Of a stretch of 64,000 nt of DNA, positions 57,192-64,000 are shown piece by piece. Made by a program: the position numbers and the translations under genes. Every line of letters starts with the position of its first letter. Positions within the stretch are counted from its first letter, which is position 1. Source of the DNA: a virus; UHGV virus genome UHGV-0105148; one strand, 5' to 3'. The notes under the pieces are model-generated. The model was not told the DNA's origin, searched no databases, and saw nothing but the letters and a program-made list of their open reading frames with translations.

Positions 57192-58028
57192 TTATTGTTT
57201 AAATTTATTCCAAACATCCTCCTCTACTTTATGAGTTTTTAGAGGTATGTTATATTTTGATACATAGGTTAATAATCTCTGATTAGCTTTATCCCCATAT
57301 AAATCTTCTATCTTAGGTATACCATTACAGAATGATAAAGCTTCAAATTGTGCTTCTATATAAGTTTCATAATCAACCCCTTTTTCATCTGCATTTTCTC
57401 TAGCTCTTTTAAAGTTTACATATTGTAATGGGTCTCTTACATAGTTATTATTTAACCCAGTCATTTCTGCTACTGTACCACAATATAAGTCATGGATATA
57501 TTTAGTTTCTTGTGGATAGTTATCATTTTTTAATTCAGATTCTGCTTCATATCTATTGATAATCCAGTCTACCTGTTTTAACATCCAACTAGCAGCAAAA
57601 GCATAATTAACCCGTTTAGAAGTACTCATTAACTCAAAAGCAGTATCAACAAATATAATATAACCTTGTCTCTTCTTAAGATTATATCTAGAACAAAATT
57701 CCTCTATTACTGGAACCAATTGTTTTAATTGCATCCATTGACTATCTGTTTGTTTTATTTTAGTTACTCCTACGTGTTTTAACTTGATTCTAGAGGAATA
57801 TATAATATCTGCTAATAAATTGGTATCCTTAATTGAAGATGAAGTTCTATTTGTTACTTTTTGAGCTTGCTTTTTATTGTTTGTAAACACAGAACGATGG
57901 TCAAGAGAATATCCCCTGGCCATCTTAAATATCTCTTTCAAAGTAGAATTAGTTAGTTTTCTACCATCTACTTGATTCCAGATTTCCTTGAATTTAGTAA
58001 AGGTTATATGTATTGATGGTTCTCTCAT
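57192..58028 (-). CDS. Hypothetical protein in the replication module
   Basis: 278-aa helical ORF. Confidence 0.75.
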   Translation of the reverse strand: MREPSIHITFTKFKEIWNQVDGRKLTNSTLKEIFKMARGYSLDHRSVFTNNKKQAQKVTNRTSSSIKDTNLLADIIYSSRIKLKHVGVTKIKQTDSQWMQLKQLVPVIEEFCSRYNLKKRQGYIIFVDTAFELMSTSKRVNYAFAASWMLKQVDWIINRYEAESELKNDNYPQETKYIHDLYCGTVAEMTGLNNNYVRDPLQYVNFKRARENADEKGVDYETYIEAQFEALSFCNGIPKIEDLYGDKANQRLLTYVSKYNIPLKTHKVEEDVWNKFKQ

Positions 58029-58048
58029 GATTTTTTGGAATTTATATA

Positions 58049-59125
58049 TTATAGTGGGGTTGTTTTCATTAACTCAATTCCAGTAAGAGTAGAACTTCTT
58101 GAAGCATCAAGCTTTATTAGTTCAGTGGTTAGATAAGATTTTATTTCTCTTATGTTACCTTTATATGGGTGAAGTTTTTGCATAGTTTCTATAATTAGAT
58201 CATGCTTATCTATATATGGTGTAAGATCATACTCTTCACAGACCTGATCAATAAGAAATTCCATTAGGCCAGGTATATCATAATAATCTCGAACTGGTGG
58301 AATATTAAATCTTATGTGAGATATCCTATAGTATAGATCACTTCTAAACCCACCTTTACTGATTAAATCCCATAGTTCTACATTGGTAGTACATACTAGA
58401 TTAAAATCTACCTTCTGAATCCTATTATCTCCAACTTTAATAAAAGTTAATTCCTGAAGAGCTCTTAATAAGGCAACCTGTCCCTTTATACTCAGGTTTT
58501 CTATTTCATCAAGAAATAAGGTACCACCATGAGCTTTTTCAAAGTAACCTTCTTTATCCTGATAAGCTCCAGTAAAAGCTCCCTTAATGTGACCATAAAA
58601 TTCTGAAGCTATGAGTTCATCATTTAATGAACCACAATCTACTGGGATAAAATTTCCAGGAGTCTTCTTAATATCATGTATATATCTTGCTATATGTTCT
58701 TTACCAGTACCAGTTTCACCAGTGATTAAAACATTTTTTATCTTTGGGCAAAATAGATTTATTAATTTCTCCACTTCTACATAGGATTGATCAACAAAGT
58801 ATTTAGACATATCTAAAACTTTATTTTCTACCTTCTTAGGTTTTTCTAATGGTTTATTAGAAGTAGAGGGAAGTTCTCCAAGAATAGCCTTTCTAATAGA
58901 TGGACATTTCTTTATGAGAATTGCTTGTGGATAAGCTTTCTTTATATCATGATATGATCCACCACTTATAAACTCATCACATAGTACATGATCATAGTGT
59001 TGATAATCATATCTCCAGATATGTCTCATAGTTACTTCAAACCCTTTTTCTTCAAAGTAATTCCTATGATTAATATAAGCTTCTGGGTGGTTAACTAAAA
59101 ATAATATACTTGCCATTATACCCAA
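58049..59125 (-). CDS. Sigma54-activator-type AAA+ ATPase (NtrC-like)
   Basis: GETGTGKE, SEFYGHIKGAFTGA, GTLFLDEI, FRSDLYYRI, GNIRE. Confidence 0.9.
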   Translation of the reverse strand: MGIMASILFLVNHPEAYINHRNYFEEKGFEVTMRHIWRYDYQHYDHVLCDEFISGGSYHDIKKAYPQAILIKKCPSIRKAILGELPSTSNKPLEKPKKVENKVLDMSKYFVDQSYVEVEKLINLFCPKIKNVLITGETGTGKEHIARYIHDIKKTPGNFIPVDCGSLNDELIASEFYGHIKGAFTGAYQDKEGYFEKAHGGTLFLDEIENLSIKGQVALLRALQELTFIKVGDNRIQKVDFNLVCTTNVELWDLISKGGFRSDLYYRISHIRFNIPPVRDYYDIPGLMEFLIDQVCEEYDLTPYIDKHDLIIETMQKLHPYKGNIREIKSYLTTELIKLDASRSSTLTGIELMKTTPL

Positions 59126-59403
59126 GTTTTACTTGCTACTTTAACTAAACTACTGTAAACTTCTGTAACAATATATGATATACCTCTCATTACTATTTCA
59201 TATCTATAACTTTCTACCTTGAGATTGTTATCAAATACTCCCTCTATAGTTTTTAATATACCATAACCAATGAGAAGATTGTCAGTTTGAAAATAATAAT
59301 GGTTACCAATAACAGGTAAATTGTTATCAACTATTTTCTTATCTTCCGGTTCTTCAACCTGTATTGGAGTTTTAACAGGCTCTATTTTCGTTTTTTTTTT
59401 CAT
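59116..59403 (-). CDS. Hypothetical protein
   Basis: 95-aa ORF. Confidence 0.6.
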   Translation of the reverse strand: MKKKTKIEPVKTPIQVEEPEDKKIVDNNLPVIGNHYYFQTDNLLIGYGILKTIEGVFDNNLKVESYRYEIVMRGISYIVTEVYSSLVKVASKTWV

Positions 59404-59737
59404 TCTTGGGTACCCTTGAAAGAATTGACATAGAAGGAAACTTAGTCATGTGAAGTTCATCCACTATCTTAACTAAATCTGGTAATGAAATACTATCTTT
59501 AGTTCTTCTATATCTCAAAGCTACCTTATCCCCACTTACTTCCAAATACCCATATTTAGCTAATATCCTGGTTACATGAGCCATAGCTACAAACTGTATT
59601 CTATGAGCTTTATAAAATGGTTTAAGTGGAACTTTAGTAACAATAACAGTAGTATCTGAAAACTTAGGATAGAGTTCTTTTATGGCCTGTCTTTCTTGTT
59701 CTTTGATTTCTTCATTTAAGATAAACATCACTTGCAA
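59372..59737 (-). CDS. Hypothetical protein
   Basis: 121-aa ORF. Confidence 0.6.
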   Translation of the reverse strand: MQVMFILNEEIKEQERQAIKELYPKFSDTTVIVTKVPLKPFYKAHRIQFVAMAHVTRILAKYGYLEVSGDKVALRYRRTKDSISLPDLVKIVDELHMTKFPSMSILSRVPKNEKKNENRAC

Positions 59738-60684
59738 TATTTAAGTTTGAGTTTAAAAAGTTCTTGATAGCTCTGATAATGTACTTTATATACATAAGAT
59801 AAAGTTCTTTTTCTACCCAGATCATTGCAATCTGTTCCCTCAGGTAAAAATATAACCTTTACTTTTTTGAAGTTAACTAATTTTAAAGCAAGGTCTATAG
59901 CTCTGTCTTTTGCATCTGGGTCAAATAGAATAATAACTCTTTCTACTGGGGATTTTATGATTTCATTTATTTGATATCTACTAATAGCTTTACCACCAGA
60001 AGCTATACCCCTTTCTCCCATAGTTTCAGCATTGATTGCTCCTTCACATATAAAGACCGTTCTATATATATCTAGAGCATCCTTATTATATATAATAAAT
60101 GATTTCCCTAACCCAGATTCTGTAGTATCTGGGTTATTATATTTTGGGCCATTACCCATAAATAATCGGGCATTGAAATAAACTAGTTCCCCATGTTGAT
60201 GGAATGGTATTATAAGATACCCAAAATATTTTCCTTTAGTTCCATATCCCCACCCAGCCATTGCTACTTTTTGTAAATCAAATCCTCTTTTCTTTACATA
60301 ATTTCTGGCTGCTTTTGCTAGTTGGGAATTTCCAAAGAGAATAGATTTAAACCCATCTGGGAGAATCATGGGTTTTTGTTCTTTTAGTTCTAGTTTCTCT
60401 TCTTTAAATATATAACCTTCATACTGAGAACTAGATAATATCTTGGTTACTTCTTGGAAAGTATCCACATGTTCCAAATACATAACCAAATTTATAGGTG
60501 ATGGGTGTTCTCCACACCTGAAACAATTACACCTATTTAAAGAAAGGTTTATACCAAACTTACCCTCTCTACCACAGTAGGGACATCTTGACTTCATCCA
60601 ACCATGGCGATAATCCCTTGCCCCTACTTTGATTTGAAAATATCTATGGAGTTTACCTTTAAACTCTTTAGTTAATCTAGCCAT
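59728..60684 (-). CDS. dnaG: DnaG-type primase
   Basis: CPYC...CFRC zinc finger, KYNNP, TOPRIM ICEG and FDPDA, DCND. Confidence 0.9.
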   Translation of the reverse strand: MARLTKEFKGKLHRYFQIKVGARDYRHGWMKSRCPYCGREGKFGINLSLNRCNCFRCGEHPSPINLVMYLEHVDTFQEVTKILSSSQYEGYIFKEEKLELKEQKPMILPDGFKSILFGNSQLAKAARNYVKKRGFDLQKVAMAGWGYGTKGKYFGYLIIPFHQHGELVYFNARLFMGNGPKYNNPDTTESGLGKSFIIYNKDALDIYRTVFICEGAINAETMGERGIASGGKAISRYQINEIIKSPVERVIILFDPDAKDRAIDLALKLVNFKKVKVIFLPEGTDCNDLGRKRTLSYVYKVHYQSYQELFKLKLKYCK

Positions 60685-62150
60685 TAAATATCTCCTGACT
60701 TATTGTTAACTTTTGAAGCATCAGCTACTGGGTTTCTACTCTTTTCTTTCTTTTTAATTAATTGATCAACTTGTTTCCCTTGAGTTTCATCATAAGTATT
60801 TCTAGCTTCTTTAGTAAACTCTTTCCAACGTTGTCTATCACCATCAATATTAAATAAACATCTCCCATGGGGTTTACCATCACGTTGTACCACAACCTCC
60901 AACCGTTGGATATTATGTTCTTCCTCCTCATCAGTAGAATTTAACCCAAGTATACATTGAGCATTTCTTACAATGGAGATGGATGAAGCTATATCATTAT
61001 CCTCATAAATGGTAGCTTTATGTTTAGCTCCCTCTCTTGTTATATGTTGAGCAGTCCAGATTGCATCTAATTCTAACTCTGCACCAAGATTATCTAAATC
61101 AATATATACATTATCAATACGTTCTGTATCTTCTTTATGTCTTCCTATGGAAGCTAGTTTTGCAGCATAGTCAACCACTAATACATGTATCTTAATACCT
61201 AATTTAGCTTCTATTTTAGATATTATACTTTTAATTGTATTAGCATCAGCTACCTTAGCTGGAACCCTTTCAACTATAAATTCAACCCCTAATTTCCTAT
61301 ACTTTCTCATGTGTCTTTGCTCTAACTTATCAAACTCACCAGAAAGTACTTCTTTTCTACTTTTATTTAAAGTGGATTGAATCATACGTTCCATGATATT
61401 ATTCTTACCATTTTCTGTATCTATATATAATACGTTCTTTTTCATGGCAAGATATCCACGAGCTATATTTATAAGAGCAAATGTTTTCTTTGCTTTTGGT
61501 CTATCTAATATTACAAAAATACTGTTTTGTGGATAACCATTAGCATTTGATAAATTATTTAGTTGCCAATAAGGGGTAGGAATAATATTGGGATTCATCT
61601 TACGCATTAATTGCCTTCTCACTGTACCATTGACCATAAGTAATGGTTCTTCATCTTTTTGAGGCAAGGAATTACGTATAATGTTTGATACTTTGTTTTG
61701 ATAATCCTCATATAGATTAAAATTGGAAAAGTCCATGGATTCATTTAAGGACTTCATTTCTATATAAGCAGCAAACTTAAGTATATTTTCTTGTACTACA
61801 TCATGATCCTTAAGTTGATTTGAAAATAAGGTTTTTATTAACTTGGTTATACCAGGGACGTCGTCCCTGGTAATGAGATCAATATATTCTTTACTTTCTA
61901 ATAACTGAGTACAAGATTCAATGAGTAATGGTTGACTTGGTATTTTATGATATTTCTTGAAAAATTTCCTAAGCCCTTCCATAATTAGAGCGTGTTCAAT
62001 AAGCGTGAAATATCCTGGTTTTATCTTATTTATTATTAAAAGGGATTCCTTACTCTGTATTAAAAACCGTAAAACTTCTAGTTGAAAGTCTATAGAAAAT
62101 GTAAATTTCTCCTGGGATTTTAATTGGTTTGATTTTTTAACAGCTGCCAT
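60684..62150 (-). CDS. dnaB: DnaB-like (SF4) replicative helicase
   Basis: VLYIDTEN, VVDY, WTAQ, QRDG; adjacent to the primase; Walker A is divergent. Confidence 0.85.
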   Translation of the reverse strand: MAAVKKSNQLKSQEKFTFSIDFQLEVLRFLIQSKESLLIINKIKPGYFTLIEHALIMEGLRKFFKKYHKIPSQPLLIESCTQLLESKEYIDLITRDDVPGITKLIKTLFSNQLKDHDVVQENILKFAAYIEMKSLNESMDFSNFNLYEDYQNKVSNIIRNSLPQKDEEPLLMVNGTVRRQLMRKMNPNIIPTPYWQLNNLSNANGYPQNSIFVILDRPKAKKTFALINIARGYLAMKKNVLYIDTENGKNNIMERMIQSTLNKSRKEVLSGEFDKLEQRHMRKYRKLGVEFIVERVPAKVADANTIKSIISKIEAKLGIKIHVLVVDYAAKLASIGRHKEDTERIDNVYIDLDNLGAELELDAIWTAQHITREGAKHKATIYEDNDIASSISIVRNAQCILGLNSTDEEEEHNIQRLEVVVQRDGKPHGRCLFNIDGDRQRWKEFTKEARNTYDETQGKQVDQLIKKKEKSRNPVADASKVNNKSGDI

Positions 62151-62308
62151 ATATTATTGAGTTTGTAACAGTTACAAGCATATAAGAGTCTTTGTTAGCA
62201 CTTTATATAAAATCAATTTAAAACCTTAGTGTGAAAAAGAGTTTATAACTACTTCTACCGAGTTAAATTTATTTATATATTTGCATAAACCCAAAAACTA
62301 AATTTATT

Positions 62309-62962
62309 ATGCCAACTAAAAATACTAATGGTTCTGAGATACATAGGATCAAGGAATTTACTGATTATAATAGAGATCAGTTTGAAAAATTATATAAACT
62401 ATGTAGACCACTTGTTAGGAACCTATCCAGAAGTATAGATTCTAGAAGATTTAATGTAAGTCAGGATATTATCCAAAGTTATTTTTGGGATAAGTTTCTT
62501 TATGTATATAATAAATATCAGGATAGATATGATGAGGAGAGATTGAAAGCTACTCTGTTAACTTCTCTCCAAATTTTTAAAAATAAACTTCTCAGGAATG
62601 CTTATACTAAACAAGCTGAATTCAACCAAGAGTTGACTTCTTTAGATACATTATTTGATAACAATAAAGAATGCTTAGATGATAGTGAAGAAACAGAATA
62701 TAAACAGGATTTATCGGATAGGTTTAATCAATATATGATGGACCATCTTAGTCCCGATGAATATTTGGTTTTTAGGGTAGAACTTGACCCACCTCCCTTC
62801 TTTACTGAGAGAATTATTAAATCTCATGGAAAATTATCTATTCTCCATCTAATTGATTTCTTTGAATTACCAAGAAATGGTAAGTCTCACACCATACTTA
62901 CCAACATGAGAAAACATATCAAACAAGTTCTAAATACTGCAAAGCAAGAATTTAAACGCTAA
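62309..62962 (+). CDS. Sigma-factor-like protein
   Basis: Region-2-like FEKLYKLCRPLVRNLS...QDII, SLD linker, region-4-like HLSPDEYLVF; TATATTTG element at 62276-62283. Confidence 0.6.
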   Translation: MPTKNTNGSEIHRIKEFTDYNRDQFEKLYKLCRPLVRNLSRSIDSRRFNVSQDIIQSYFWDKFLYVYNKYQDRYDEERLKATLLTSLQIFKNKLLRNAYTKQAEFNQELTSLDTLFDNNKECLDDSEETEYKQDLSDRFNQYMMDHLSPDEYLVFRVELDPPPFFTERIIKSHGKLSILHLIDFFELPRNGKSHTILTNMRKHIKQVLNTAKQEFKR

Positions 62963-63001
62963 AAAGGGGCAAGCCAGAATCCTAAAATCCCAACTTGCCC
63001 C
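62961..63001 (-). terminator. Terminator between convergent genes
   Basis: GGGGCAAG/CTTGCCCC stem plus T5 on the minus strand. Confidence 0.65.
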
Positions 63002-63028
63002 CGACTAACCAACTCAACTATGGTTAAG

Positions 63029-63610
63029 CTAGATCAAATGATCATTTATGTAAAGAAAGGAACTCACTAATGAATCCATAAATTTATTGTTGGTAGTTTC
63101 ATCTTGGAGTAATTTAACATCTTCTTTATTATCCTGGAATAACCACTCTATAAGTACTGCTGAATAACCACTTCCCATCAATACAGTGAAATTAGCTTCC
63201 TTAGTTCCACGATTCTTATAGCTTGGAAAATCTTTGGCCAGGTTATCTAATATTACTTTTGCAAATTTATCAGAAGTGGTATTTCCCGGTGAAGTATAAA
63301 TTTCAAATCCCCTTGCATTTGCCCAATCATTTCCCATGCCTGCAGCATTATTATGGAGGCTTACTAGAAATTTAAATTCCCCAGGATTAGTATTCACCTT
63401 ACTTGCAAATTCTTTTCTTCTAGATAAGCCTATTTCCTTATCAGTTGGATTTGTAATTTCTACTCTGAATCCCAAGCAAGTGAGGTGAGTCTTTAATTTT
63501 TCACATATTTCTCTACTCCACTTATATTCTTTATGAGTTCCATCTGGTGAACCTTTTCCTGGAACTTCTTCCCCATGAGCTGGGTCTAATATTATAACTA
63601 ATTTTCTCAT
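63029..63610 (-). CDS. N-acetylmuramoyl-L-alanine amidase (Amidase_3 endolysin)
   Basis: ILDPAHG, E, VSLHNNA, GFEIY, AVLIE. Confidence 0.92.
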   Translation of the reverse strand: MRKLVIILDPAHGEEVPGKGSPDGTHKEYKWSREICEKLKTHLTCLGFRVEITNPTDKEIGLSRRKEFASKVNTNPGEFKFLVSLHNNAAGMGNDWANARGFEIYTSPGNTTSDKFAKVILDNLAKDFPSYKNRGTKEANFTVLMGSGYSAVLIEWLFQDNKEDVKLLQDETTNNKFMDSLVSSFLYINDHLI

Positions 63611-63611
63611 A

Positions 63612-64000
63612 TTACAGATTTTTTAAGTAACTAAGTTTTATACCATTTACCAATATATCAGTAGATTGATCTAAACCTGATACAGTGAATTCATCTTTTG
63701 GTATATAAACTTGTTCAGTGATAAAATCAACTATCACACCTACATCTTGTTCATCAACTACTACTGATAATTGTTTTTCATCATATAGGAAGTTTGATAG
63801 ATAAGAAGTGAACTCTATAAAATCATTCTTAACTACTCTATTGATTTTATTCTTGGTAAGTTCCACATCATCTATATGATTTTCTAAACGTATTCTCAAT
63901 ATCCTATACTTAATGGTATTTGATAAACTATTCATACCTCTTCGTATAAGGATTTGAGCTTGACTTCTACCTATAGTTCTATCTGAAGCACCATCAAAGT
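63612..64000 (-). CDS. C-terminal part of a gene entering from beyond the window
   Basis: The frame of ORF 63612-63935 stays open to the edge (FDGASDRTIGRSQAQILIRRG-MNSL...). Confidence 0.65.
   Translation of the reverse strand, partial: FDGASDRTIGRSQAQILIRRGMNSLSNTIKYRILRIRLENHIDDVELTKNKINRVVKNDFIEFTSYLSNFLYDEKQLSVVVDEQDVGVIVDFITEQVYIPKDEFTVSGLDQSTDILVNGIKLSYLKNL

Noticed and set aside
1..64000. Stop-codon reassignment as seen in some gut phages
   Set aside because: Conserved genes are full length in the standard code, TAG and TGA both end genes, and there is no suppressor tRNA.
1..64000. Prophage boundary or integrase
   Set aside because: No integrase, repressor or host housekeeping flank is visible; the whole window reads as phage.

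Overview
A 64 kb, AT-rich stretch of a large dsDNA tailed phage genome, almost entirely coded on the minus strand in the standard genetic code. Repeated TTTG-N19/20-TAnnTTTG promoters indicate a Bacteroidota host. The gene content resembles gut Bacteroidales phages of the Gubaphage/Flandersviridae type, but that is an impression and was not searched. From left to right: (1) a virion module at 1-16.1 kb with a >1370-aa repeat adhesin-like protein, tail fibre, neck proteins, capsid, protease/scaffold, portal and TerL; (2) an atypical C5 DNA methyltransferase, a short plus-strand island and a 1.6 kb non-coding A-tract region; (3) an early region at 21-36 kb of small genes in promoter/terminator cassettes; (4) a sigma-like protein, a NusG paralog and a T4-like recombination/replication set (resolvase, SbcCD, flap nuclease, RecA, SSB, GroES, UvsY-like, PolA); (5) three tRNAs with flanking structured non-coding elements; (6) a nucleotide-metabolism cluster with three thymidylate-synthase-fold paralogs, ThyX and two pyrophosphatases, which is the best candidate for an undescribed base-modification pathway; (7) helicases, primase, a sigma54 activator-like AAA+ protein, a second sigma-like factor and an amidase. 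Two palindrome-rich elements about 39 kb apart share an inverted 14-bp CpG-rich core. All functional calls come from motif recognition by eye; no searches were run.
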